Positions 1 to 12,004 of a stretch of 64,000 nt of DNA are shown in pieces; the stretch's first letter is position 1, and each line of letters begins with the position of its first letter. A program made the translations under genes and the position numbers. The DNA is from Eledone cirrhosa (lineage: Eukaryota). The DNA lies in contig OZ024758.1 of the NCBI GenBank assembly GCA_964016885.1, positions 30,442,001 through 30,506,000 of the forward strand, given 5' to 3'. Below the pieces are notes generated by a model. It searched no databases, had not been told where the DNA came from, and was given only the letters and a program-made list of their open reading frames with translations.

Positions 1-1035
1 TTCACACTAGGATCATCATCCATATACATCATGTGTTCATATTGGTGCAATCTTCTCTCTTGCACACTGCATTTGATCCTTCTTATACCCAGTTTTTATC
101 TCACTTCATCTGTGCACCATTGTTCATACACATTAACAGCACTCATCCAATGGAGTATGCTTGATTCATTTCTCTCCAGCCTTCACATATCCTCTGCATT
201 CACTACCTTTGTCTCACTATCATGCAACATCACATGCTGGTATCATACTACCCAGATAATAGAAGCTATCAACTTCTATGGGACATTTCCAGGATTGGAA
301 AAAGTTTATTTCACTGGTACTCTTACTACTATCTCTGTGCATCTGCCATATATGTTGTATAACTTTTCTATTAGCCTGCTTACATTGCTTCTATATCCAT
401 ATTTTTCATTAGTACACAGTATAGATTTTCTACTCCTTTTCTACAATACTGAAATTACTCTTTGTTGCTACTCTGAGGTATGTGATTGCTTGCTGATCAC
501 ATATCAGCAAGCAATTGAGAAACTCAGAGTGGCAACGGAGAGTAATCTCAGTAATATAATAAATATTATACTCTATGGCAGCGGTTGCCAATCTTTGGGA
601 CCTCATGCACAACTAAATTCATAATTTTAAATCCCGCAGACCACTAATATTAATTTTTTTAAAAAAGATAAATACATTAAAATTTTTCTGCAGACCACCA
701 AACTTTTCTAGATACTATGGCCTCGGAACACTCCATCCCATGCTAATCTGATCACCTAGGAACCGGAAGCTATCAACCACTTCTATAGAACCTACCTGCA
801 TTTAAAAAATATGTCTATCACTGCGATTACTACTGCCAACTTTCCCTGTACATCTATTGCATACGTATTTTTCCCTACCTGTTAGTTTGCCTGCTATCCC
901 ACTACATCTCTTGTGTACCCAAGATCTGCATTGCGTACATTTTATAGAATTTATGCCAGTTCCTTTTCTACATATCGAACATGGTCATTTCCCTGATGGA
1001 ATCAGAGTTTTGTCCTCTTTTCTACTTATCAACAC
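1..1035 (-). mobile_element. Decayed RTE-type LINE fragments (1-360 and 720-1035)
   Basis: The reverse strand matches the RTE ORF2 C-terminus and Cys-rich insert seen in better copies at 33487-34490. Confidence 0.75.
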
Positions 1036-1239
1036 TTATCATGTATGTATCTATGTATCTCTCTCTCTCTCTCTATATATATATATACGTCTATCTATCT
1101 CTATATATGTAGGTGTGTGTATATAGAGGGAAACTATCAAATGGCGAAAATAGTGTCACACTAGGTGGATAATGAAAAATAACAGAGAAAACAAAAATAA
1201 AACAAGGGTAGAGAAAGAAAAATTAAATAGAAAAAAGGG

Positions 1240-2175
1240 AAAGTGCAAATTCTACACCATTGGCAGAACTGTACATCTTGGTTGCACTTAATGGACAAGA
1301 TGGTGAAAGCATTGCTGTGGAGAACAGCCAGCGTAGCCCACTGCATCAGTCATTCACCTTTCATGGGATTCTTTCCTCAGGTGAGATGTGTTCCTCTAAA
1401 TTTTGTGAAGGAAAATGGCAGTCTGGAGTCTGAGACACTGGTGATTTGATGGTAACCATCACAAAAAATGGTTGGTCAAAGCCTGGTGTTTGGCTATCTT
1501 CCACTTCTCTGCATTATGGGTGGTAATGCTCAGGTTTTTGGCCAAGGCAATGATGCTGGCACCAGAGGATATGTCCTCAAATAGAAAAAATGCTATTCTG
1601 CTTTGACGCCTATTGGAAATGTGGTTGAAGCTGAGAGACTTGCATACCGATGGGAAACTACTTGATGATATCGTTCAAGGTGACATGCTGAGGGAACTAA
1701 CCTGCACTGTGATGATAAGAGAGCAGTGTAGCCCGAACTTGTTAACCATTGCTTCACAACAGTGTGGGTGTGGCTGAGAAATGCAGAGGCCAATGCACAG
1801 GGTCACTCCGATGCAGGTGCTCTTGTTATCAAAACGTGTACTGGTTGATGTAGAGAGCACCAAATTGAACCACATGCTGCTGTTTGGCTATGAAGCAGAC
1901 TCGATCCATGTGCAAGTTGAACTGCATTTGATCTCATTCCAGTTGTGTTGGTGACTTGCATACTGGGAGGACTGCAAGGCCTTCGTTAACTCAGTTGACC
2001 AGAGCTGCCTCAGATTCTTGGTCCATGTCAGGTTCTGAAGTTTTGTGAAAAAACATGAGGATGAGGTCACGACTGGAGATGATAGAAGAAAGGTAAGCTG
2101 GCAGTATCAGGTTGGATGTTGAGTGGAGGCCAAGGCCACTGAACCTTACAGAGAGTTTCGCCTGTGTTGTCATGG
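1240..2175 (-). mobile_element. CRE-clade non-LTR retrotransposon 3' fragment (restriction-like endonuclease type), degenerate
   Basis: Broken frames give QAKLSVRFSGLGL..PAYLSS, QPHPHCCEAMVNKFGLH, HVTLNDIIK and MQWATLAVLHSNA. These resemble the CRE motifs QA.LP.R.GGLG, C.CG..D..G.H, RH..LND and QR.S.A.QRGNA. Confidence 0.7.
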
Positions 2176-3018
2176 AAGTATTCTTTTTTGCATCATACTT
2201 TTAAAAGTAATATTTTTTTTTAGAAATGTGAATATAGCTTACTGTGATAAATAAAACCGAATACTAATGAAACACACAGTAAATACTCGGAATACTTCAA
2301 TAACAGATAAGATAAAACCTAGAATGTTCTGCAGCTCCTCCACCCACTCAGCATCAAAGCCAGGCAACGAGTTTGTCTCCCGGGACCATATTAACTATTT
2401 TAAGTGAAATTTGAATGAGGTTTGGCTGCCATTTCTAGAAGGTCAAGCAACCGCTTAAAGACTCCTTCGTTGGCTTAGAGTACAAGTTATCAATGAAACA
2501 AGTTCACACTTAATTACACGTGAAATCAGGTAGAAAACGCGTTAAAAACAAACAAAAGCTCTCTTAAAGGAATGAAAAAGAACTGCTTTTTACACTGCTC
2601 TGATATAGACATTTGATAAGGTAAGCTCTTATCAGTAGGTACAGGTTACAGGTAAGGGACTAAAGAATAATATATAAATACAAGGTATGCTTTATATTTC
2701 CATACACATAATGATATTAATTTATCTCATGTAAATACTCTAAGTAGTGTCCTCTATGTAAGGGTGTTGTTATCGTCAAAGGTAGCATTATTTGAACCAA
2801 TATTTCACATTCACTTTTATTGTGAAGTGATACTGCAGGGAATCGAAGTCATGTTTTGGAATCGGTTTTCTGGGAGATTACCATCTTCTTTTCTATGAAG
2901 CTCACCTTCAGCTACATAAGTGATATAATCCTGCATATATTAAACCGACACTAAATCACTAATATGTTTTTGCGGCCTGATCAAATGATTGCTAATAAAC
3001 ATTCTCATTTTCTCTCTC

Positions 3019-3054
<36 letters not shown>

Positions 3055-3736
3055 TGATGACCATCAGTATGTCATTTTAAAAGACCGATATCACATTGAC
3101 ATAAGGTTGTGTGACATGAAGGACAACCGTTTCAAAGATGTACTTAGAACAATTGTCACTGAAACTCGCCAACACTAGCCGAGCTATTGACGATAACACC
3201 TCAAACAAATCTATCCAGATATGCAACAAGGGAAACCAAATCGAAGCAATCATAATTCATGATTCTATATTTTTAAAGTAACATTATTCAAAGTGTTTGT
3301 GACTACATATATGTTATACACACATACATATTGTTATACACACGCACACACATATCATTTTAGTTCAGCATGATGATGATGATGATCAAAAACGTTAGCA
3401 ATGAGAATAATCGAGAACAAATTAACACACACACACACATATATACATTATATATATATATAATAAATATATATATATATGGGGAGAGAAAGAGAGAGTG
3501 AGAGAGAACGTGATGAAGACAGCTGACATTTACAGTGACATTTTCATTTTTAAAAATAACATCGAAGTGCAAACGATAGTTGTTGTCAACTTAATGTAGT
3601 TGCAAACGTAAACTGCACAATCTGTAATAATGCGATTGCTCTGATCTATGAGGAAATGGCCAAAAGGTCTATGTTGAAACAAACCAGATTGTTCGCTAGA
3701 AAAAGGTACATTTAATCATAAACTTATCGTTCTCAC

Positions 3737-3880
3737 CTGTAAAACCACTTCAACATCGTATGAATTGCCTTTGCTTTTTTGATGTCCATTGAATCGAGAG
3801 CCATTATATAAAAGATTTGTGGGCATTCCAGCAAGATGATGGTTTTCGGGCGGTGGAGGGTCTATGATATTTTGCGGCAT
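3737..3880 (-). CDS. GID4: GID4 (VID24 homologue, Pro/N-degron recognin of the GID/CTLH E3 ligase), first coding exon; remaining exons not found in window
   Basis: Translates [48 protein letters not shown] followed by donor |gtgaga. The C-terminal half matches the conserved GID4 motif [23 protein letters not shown]. Confidence 0.93.
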
Positions 3881-4071
3881 TGTTTTTAGAAGCACTTTGC
3901 TAAGTTTGTTTACTTACACCATAAACACGGAAGAATGAACGTCTTCCACTTAAAAGACTTTTTACGCCTGCTATGTAACGCCAACATCAATTGGTTATTA
4001 AAACTACTTCCGGTCTGATTAACCAATCAGAAGATTTCCTACAAAACAATTTGCTTGTTCTTTTTTGCAAC
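3881..4071. promoter_or_regulatory. Bidirectional promoter between GID4 and ATPAF2
   Basis: 191 bp between divergent ATGs. Contains ETS-type CGGAAG (3928-3933) and ACTTCCGGT (4006-4014), ATTGG (3990-3994) and AACCAATCAG (4021-4030). Confidence 0.8.
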
Positions 4072-4183
4072 ATGGCTTCTGCTGCCACTAATGTTATTTT
4101 ACAACGGTTTCATCCGTTATGCAAGAAATTTCCTTTTACCAGTGTCATCAGCTCAGTATTTACTAGGAAATTACATTCAAAAG
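4072..4183 (+). CDS. ATPAF2: ATPAF2 exon 1 (MASAATNVILQRFHPLCKKFPFTSVISSVFTRKLHSK, mitochondrial presequence-like)
   Basis: ATG in context caacATGG. The peptide is basic and hydroxylated with no acidic residues. Donor aag|gtatat is phase 1, matching exon 2. Confidence 0.85.
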
Positions 4184-5059
4184 GTATATTGACTCCTCTA
4201 CAAAAAATATTTCTCCGCTCTTACCGCTGTCTTAAAGAAAAAATTAATGTACTTTTAACATTGATATAGATTGCCCTTGGTTCGTTAAAAACTTCCAAAT
4301 ATTGATTTCTAAGTCATGTTCAGTGATAATACATCCATTAGTTTGAAGAAATGGGTAGTGATGGGATTCAAGCTTTTCCCAAAGCTTTACTAACGTTAAG
4401 TAATTGAAATGTCATTTATCTAGAATGAAAAGCTTGTTATAAACCCGGCTAAGTGAAAGCTTCTCTTAAAGTATTTCTCACTTGTAAATATCGACATTTA
4501 CACCTCTAGAAAAAAGATTCAGTTATCTCCTCTCCCAAATATAATATATGCACGTTTCTTATATTAAAAATGAGTAGACCTTTTCTCAAGAACCATGTTT
4601 CTAATAAGGGTCGTGTCCGATTATGTTTTGCTTATTGTTAGATTTATTATTTATGCTTTCTTCATTATTGTATCTTTGATCGATTGTCAGGTTCTTTTAG
4701 CACGATAATGTCTACTATTATGATGACAGCATCTGCGTGTCACCATACCTATTATACATAACAGCAAAGTCTCCCTTAAATGAACCCACTACCTTAAAAA
4801 AAGAACATGTATATTAGATAATGTAGTCTTTGATATCCCCCCAAAAAATCAGAATGGTCACAACTGGTTCGCAGTGGATCATTCTATACTGGGTCAGGAC
4901 TGACCTGGGGTTACACAATGGCAACAATTATATATCTTAAGTATAGTCATTTGGTACCCTGTACAGAGTGGGATTTACGTATAAGCTAGGGCACCCACAC
5001 AAAAAACAGCGACAATTTGTTGCTGACATAGGACATCTGGACATATAATGATCGTCTTC

Positions 5060-5255
5060 TGAGTATCGAGCATCACTTGGTATCGATGCCTCACAGATGG
5101 GTATCAATACGAGAAGCAATAATTCAACTTGAGTGGGTGGGTGGTCCATTCGTTCTCGAGCTTGATTGAGGGTGCACCAACTGTTTCTTGTTTGAGGTTG
5201 TTCCAGTGGTTGATCGCACGTGCAGAAAAGAAGTGGTTACCAGGACTTATGATTT
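5060..5255 (-). mobile_element. CR1-like LINE 3' fragment
   Basis: Reverse frame NHFFSARAINHWNNLKQETVGAPS resembles the CR1 C-terminal FF..R.VN.WN.LP..VV.A.S motif. Confidence 0.6.
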
Positions 5256-6344
5256 CTAGTTTTAATATTAAACACTAATACTTCAATAAATGATCATAGT
5301 AAACCCCGTGTGCACTAAAGCTGCCAGTTTTAGTTTCAACCATAACATCCTATATCTATTTATCGTATGTTTATATTTTCATTCTAAAAGAATTGTGAGC
5401 AATTTGTAATATTATTTATGTATATATATATATGTTATTTATGTATATATATATATATATGTTATTTATATATATATATTATTTAATAAAATCATCCATT
5501 ACCATTGTAAACCAGTGTCCTTGGGGAAGAAAATATGACGACTCTTCTTTTGAAATAGAGTTTGTGAGATTAGTTAAAAAAAAGACGCAGTGTAAAATTT
5601 TAGCGAGCCGGTTTCACTTTCATCGTAGTTGCTAATATTTTAGAAGAGGCTATGTAGCCGGGAAAGATGTGAGACACCATGAGTTGCGGCCCGAGTTAAA
5701 ACAATTATTAAGACAAATTGAAATATTTTCCACCAACTGTTAAAAAACAAGTTAAAATCATTTAGTCGTCCATTCATAACATACGTTATGCTTTAGTTAC
5801 ATACACACATCTACACGTAAATACATAAACAGATACAGACAACAGAATGACGGGGCTGGTGAAACGTTATAGCGATGTGTGTTGCATTTCTTTAGGGTTT
5901 ACCGGCTGCATAGCCTATTCTAATATTATTTTAGAGAGAGAGAGATGGAGAGACATCTGAGAAATTTGATGAATTACCTAATGTATGTATGAACGCAATG
6001 ATATGTATGCATACACGTGTGTCTTGCGATCATATCTGCAGGCCTGATGACCTTCGAAATCTGTCTCGATCCAATAAGCGAGCCTGTATGTGAATACTCG
6101 ACATGTTAGAAATCTCCATCAGATCAAATCCTACCATCTTAAAAAAAGATGAACACCTTGCACAATGTCGTAGATATACAAAAAGACGGGTTATGGCTTA
6201 ACGGTCTTTGATCATAGATCTGCTCGATTATGCTGCCTGTTGTGTAACATAAGTGCAAAACCTTTAACTCCCAGTTATTCTCCCTACTAACTAATCATAT
6301 TTGATGCTCAGTTATATATATATATATATATTTATATATATAGA

Positions 6345-6845
6345 TGGAATAGAATGAAACGAAATTTCATTTCTCACTCTTAGTACGGCACTTACTTAAA
6401 TGTATGTATGTATACGTACATACATATATGTATACAGACGTACAGTAGTATGTATATATATACATACATGCACACATATATATATATGCACGTATCGGTT
6501 TACCGAACATTTATTATAATGCTCGGTTTGTTTGTAAACAAACAAACAGCCCGAATTACGCCGTACAGTGTTTAGGCAACCACGTCACCTTTTTGTTCAA
6601 CACTGACACAGGAACGATGTACTAGTTTCAAGCTTATGTTCCTGTGTCAGTGTTGAACAAAAAGGTGACGTGGTTGCCTAAACACTGTACGGCGTAATTC
6701 GGGCTGTTTGTTTGTTTAAACAAACAAACCGAGCATTATAATAAATGTTCGGTAAACCGATAAGTGCATATATATATGTGTGCATGTATGTATATATATA
6801 CATACTACTGTACGTCTGTATACATATATGTATGTACGTATACAT
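6345..6845. repeat. Fold-back (inverted) copy of family-B hammerhead repeat; arms 6408-6615 and 6638-6845, 22-nt loop
   Basis: The arms are near-perfect reverse complements and homologous to 57001-57758. Confidence 0.9.
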
Positions 6846-7927
6846 CATCATCATCGTTTAACGTCCATGTTCCACGCTTGCATGGGTTTGGACGGGAGTT
6901 TTCCCACTTGAGGCAAGAGTGGTTGTCTTGCTCGCATAGGACTGTCTGGCGGGTTTTCTACGGCTGGATGCCCTTCCTAACACCAACCACGTTTACAGTG
7001 TGGACTGGGAGGTTTTTACCGTGTTACCTACACGGCCACATTTCAGCGTGGACTGTGTTTTTTTGTCGTGACACCTACACGACCTCATTTGTTTCGGGCT
7101 GGATGTTGTGGTACCAACATAACTTTACATTGAAAGGGGTGGTGTGGATGGGGTGGAGGTAGTGGGACGGGGGTGTATTTTGTTAAGAGGTGCCTACTGA
7201 CTGTAGTAGGTTTCACTTTGTACTTAGGTAAGGCGGGTCTTCTCTATTACTGTGTAGCGCCAAAGGTCTCGGTCCAGTGACATTGTCTTGGAGAGGTGTA
7301 AGTGTGTGAGGTCAGAATTTATCAAGTCGTCCCAGGTTTTTCTGGGTCTGTCTACTCCGTGGCTACCGTCTATTTTTATTGCCCTGCACTTTTTTTATCC
7401 AGCTGTCGTCTTTCATGCGCATCACATGACCATACCAACGTAGTCTTCTCTCGAGTAAACAACATCTGATCCCTCTTATTTCTAATTTTTCCCTTAGTTC
7501 GTTATTGCTTTGCCGTTCACGTATATTACTATTACACATCCAGCGGAGCATGCAAGCTTCGTTCCTCTCCAGTCTGCGTATATGCTCTGCACACAATGCC
7601 CAAGTCTCACTGCCATGCAACATTGCTGTTCGTATGCAGGCATCATACAGCCTGCCTTTCATTTTTAGGGAGAACCCTTTAGCGGCTAATAGTGGTATAA
7701 GCTCTCTGAACTTTTTCCATCCCGTTCTGACTCTAGCTACTGAAGCACCCTCCCCCACTGCTGATTTTGCCACCCAGGTAACGGAAGGTGTCCACTAATT
7801 CTATAGAACCATCTGTGCAATGGAGTGAGCTAGTATACTGTGGGCACTTGCTGCTACTTATTGCACCAGAGCACCGGCCACATATAAAATCTATGTTCTT
7901 AGTTAGCTTACCTGTGATCCCACTACA
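6846..7927 (-). mobile_element. RTE LINE 3' part with 3' UTR and (GAT)n tail
   Basis: ORF 7363-7773 encodes MLHGSETW...RRLRWYGHVMR; the tail motif is shared with other copies. Confidence 0.9.
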
Positions 7928-7965
7928 TATGTATATATATATATATATATATGTGTGTATGTATT

Positions 7966-8307
7966 CTCTTCTTCGCCCACTTATTTCCTGGGAGGGTCGT
8001 GGGGGCAGAGTCTTGAAACACTCCATCCAGCGGGTCCTGTCAGAAGAAACCGTCTCCATCTGATCCGGCTGGGTCCCCAAGCGTAACCAACCAAGCTCAT
8101 GGACGTTATCCAACCATCTTGCTCGGGTTCTACCCCTAGGTCTCCCTCCTGTTGGTTTCGGCCGTAAAATCTGTCCAGCTATTCTTTCCTGAGACATTCT
8201 AACCACATGCCCATAGTATCGGAGCTGTGATCTCTCAAATTGTAGGGTCTTTGGAGTAACTTTACTCAATAAAGTGCTTAACTCGGAGATCAGAGAGTCA
8301 CTCCAGG
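7966..8307 (-). mobile_element. Second RTE-type LINE family, 3' end with (GAA)n tail; further copies at ~30190-30425, ~50105-50400 and ~51505-51635
   Basis: Encodes ERSQLRYYGHVVRM...RPRGRTRARW; shares the ATAAGTGGGCGAAGAAG terminus. Confidence 0.8.
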
Positions 8308-8325
8308 TATATATATATATATATA

Positions 8326-11300
8326 TGGCGCCGTGGTGGTGTGGCGCGCTGACCTCTACACGGCTGAAGCCCTCAGGTAGCTCCGTAACCCCTTCTTCTA
8401 CCGCCCTCTACCCTCCGATCCCACACCCCTCTACCAACAACAAGTTTCCTCCACCATCCAACACCTTGTCTCCTCCTCCCTCCTCCCCCACTGCTTCCCA
8501 CCTCAGTGTCCACAGCCCCTGCACCCCCACTATCTACTTCCTCCACAAACCTGACAACCCATCGTCTCTGCTTGCAACTGCCCCACCGAACTCATCTCCG
8601 CCTTTCTTGACTCCATCCTCGCTTCCCTCGTCACCACCCTCCCCTCCCACATCTCCGACACCAACCACGCCCTTCGCCTATTCGACTCCTTCACCTTCCC
8701 ACCCGGCCCACAGCCCTTCCTCTTCACCCTAGATATCAAGTCGCTCTATACTGTCATCCCCCACGCCGACGGCCTACGTGCCCTCAAGCACTACCTCAAC
8801 TTTAACCCCTCCCCCATCCCCTTCACCCCCACCCTCCTTCGCCTCGCCGAGCTGGTCCTCACCCTCAACTGTTTCTCCTCGGGTGAGTTTTACCAACAGG
8901 TCACGGGCGTAGCCATGGTCACAAGAATGGGCCCAAACTATGCCAACCTTTTCGTTGGCCATGTTGAGGCCCAAATCTTTTCCCAGTACACCGGAGCCAC
9001 AACCCTCACCCGAGAACAGCTCGACTCCTTTCTCTCCTTCTTTTGCTCCTTCCACCCCTTCCCTCCACTTCACCACCTCTATCTCCACCACCCACGTCCA
9101 CTTCTTAGACATCTCCGTCGCCATCGACCTCTCCCACCATTCCCTTGTCACCTCCGCCCTCTTCAAACCCACCGACTTCCACTCCTACCTCGACTTCACC
9201 TCCTCCCACCCTACACACACTAAACACTCTATTCCCTACTCCCAACTCCTCAGGATCCGCCGCCTCTGCAGCCGAGATGCTGATATTAAGTCCCAGGCCC
9301 TTTCCCCAGTCATTTCATCCGCAGAGGTTACCCCCCCCTTCGTCCACATCGCCCTCACTCACGCCCTTGCTGTCCACCACTCCACCACCCTCACCCCACG
9401 CTACCGCACACCCACCCACCATCTCCCTTTCCCCATCACCTACCACCCCTACCCCTGCACCGCACCATCCTCCGCCTCTTCTGACGCCTCCACCTCCCAC
9501 ATCTTCTCAGCCCCACCACTCCCCTCCTTCAAACGCGCACGCAATCTCCGCACCCTCCTCGTCCGCAGCTCCCTACCCCCAACCCACGCTCTTCCCCCCC
9601 CGGTTCCCTTCTCTGTTCCAGGCCTCGTTGCAACACCTGTCCCCACATCACCAACACCACCACCTTCCAGGGTCCCAACGGCCACTCTCTCTCTCTGTCC
9701 TGCACGCCTTCCGCTGCACCTCCTCCAACCTAGTCTATGGACTTCGCTGCACGGAGTGCAGCGCAACCTACATCGGACTGACTGGACGTCGCCTGGCGGA
9801 CCGTTTCACCGAACACCTCCGAGATATTCGTCTTGGCGGTAGTTCCCCCATCGCCCGCCACTTTGGCTCCCCTGGACATTCCGCGCACCACCTCACAGTC
9901 TGTGGCCTACTCCAATGCCACGGAACACCCGCCTCAGGGTCGAACAACGCACCGTCTTCACCCTACAGACCCACACTCCTCCCGGCCTGAACTCTCCACC
10001 CCTATTCCTTTAGCCTTCGACCCCCCCCCCCCCCCACACACACACATATCCCCCACTAACACACTCCTCCTTTTCACCGCCCACCCCACAACTAACAATA
10101 CTAACATCCCCCTTTCCCCCTCCCCTATCACGCACACACCCACCGGTACATATATACATGCACTCACACTAACCACACACCCTGCTACCACCACTAACCC
10201 ACACATCCACCCCTACCACCCCACAACTAATACCACTAACATCCCCCGACCACACGAACACACACCCACCCACACCCACTTACACCACCCACTCTACACA
10301 CCCTATCACCACTGACCCCCACTAACACACCCGCATTCAACCCTTTCCCCACCACCAGTACACTAACACCCACTACACTCCGTTCACCACACACACACTC
10401 ATCCAAACATGCACACACACACCAGTACACTACACTCCCTCCACCGTCCCCCACACCTTTCTCTCCCTCTCCCTGCTCCACCCACACCCCTTCACACACA
10501 CATCCCACTAACACCTCTACTAATACCCCCCTCCCCCGCACGACCCCCTCCCCACTCCACCTTTCACACCTACCCATCCTCTCCCCTGTCCACCACACCT
10601 CCACACACACTGACACACTGACTTTCTCCACCTGCCATTCTCCTCTACCCTCCTCCTGCCTTGACCCTCTGACCACTTCCTGTTGCGCGCGCACCCCACA
10701 TCTCCCCTCTTCCGACCAACCCAACCACGGATTACACACATTAGACATCGCTCCCACCATCTACTCCATCACAAGGAAAATATCCGGCATCTCACCACAC
10801 CTTCTACGGAACTACCCATGGACATACACACACACAACATTTTTTTTCCCACACGCCACCTACATCCACAATACGTATAAACACTACACACACGTGCGTA
10901 CCCCCACCTACTTACACACTCAGCCTCCGGAATCCTCTCCCCCCTCCCCATCTACATGCGCACACACACACCAACTTAAACTCCACCCCACACACACACC
11001 TTTTCCTGAAAATGGAACCTCGTTCTTCCCCCAACTTTCACATACACACACACGTACACCTACACACAACCACCACCTTCACCCCTCGCCGCTCGGACAC
11101 CCCACCTCCCTCTCACCACTCCACCCGCCACCATCACTACACGCCCCACACCCTTCCACCACTTGTTTATCTTCGTTTATTTTTATTTATATTATTTTTT
11201 AATATTTATTTTCATTTGTACCCCTTCCCCCCCCCTTTATCTAAATGTCTCTCCCACACTCCCCTACACACCCTTGGAACTCTCTTCCCACACACTTTTC

Positions 11301-11416
11301 GCCTGAAGAAAGGCTTATGCCCGAAACGTCGTTCCCTCCCCCACTTTCAAGAACGTGAAACTAATAAACCTTTGTTCGTACTGCCTCTCTGTTTTGTTCC
11401 CGTTCCATTTTTCACT
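8326..11416 (+). mobile_element. Penelope-like element (Neptune-type), frameshifted RT plus GIY-YIG, C-rich 3' UTR and HHR-bearing end
   Basis: Motifs LDIKSLYT.IPH, GVAM.TRMGPNYANLFVG, FLDI, KPTD.HSYL, SIPYSQLLRIRRLCS and NLVYGLRC..C...YIG.TGR.L..RF.EH. Flanked by (TA)n on both sides. Confidence 0.9.
11300..11332 (+). ncRNA. Minimal hammerhead ribozyme motif of the Penelope element (stem I degenerate)
   Basis: CTGAAGA(11303-09), aa, ggc-ttat-gcc, c, GAAA(11323-26), CGTC, with an ACGT palindrome as stem III. AATAAA follows about 35 nt downstream. Confidence 0.6.
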
Positions 11417-11440
11417 ATATATATATATATATATGTATAT

Positions 11441-11746
11441 CATCATCATTTCATTTCATTTTACGTCCGCTTTTCCCTGCTTGCAAGGGTGGGACGGGAA
11501 CTGATTCTGGCTTGATTTCTACAGCTGGATGCCCTTCCTAACACCAACCTCATTTACAGTGAGTGCTGCGTGCTTTTTTGCCGTGGCACCTCCACGACCA
11601 CTTTGCAGTGGAATGATAGGGACCCCAGTCCCTATCATCTCATTTCTACAGCTGAGTAAACTGGAGCAATGTGAAATAAAGTGTCTTGCTCAAGGAAACA
11701 ACACATCACCCGGTATGAGAATTGAACTCACAACCTTTCGATTGCA
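11441..11746 (-). mobile_element. tRNA-headed CORE-like SINE with RTE-derived 3' tail (head truncated)
   Basis: Homologous to the copies at 15397, 16044 and 41849. Confidence 0.85.
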
Positions 11747-12004
11747 TATATATATATATATATTATATTTCATTTCCAAAACGTGTATCTAGTTTATATA
11801 AATGTGTAAGGTTGTAATCACCACCCCTAAAAAACCGTCAAGTTGAAGATTTGGGAATTTCCATCACTAATAGAATTTTAAATGGCTTATGCAACTATTT
11901 TGACATGAGTCCAAGAATTGTTTGCATCAGAGAGTTGTGCTGTCCCAAGTCAAATATTCTTGCATATTCCATGTTAGTCATTTAACTATGCAGTGAATGC
12001 AAAA

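Noticed and set aside
2907-2931. Minus-strand AG...GT-flanked mini-exon (DYITYVAE) as GID4 exon 2
   Set aside because: Does not match the expected GID4 continuation (HVD...SYLCGYL.I.GLT); exon 2 probably lies left of the window.
6041-6070. CTGATGA-ccttc-GAAA hammerhead-like core
   Set aside because: Stems I and II cannot form; probably chance.
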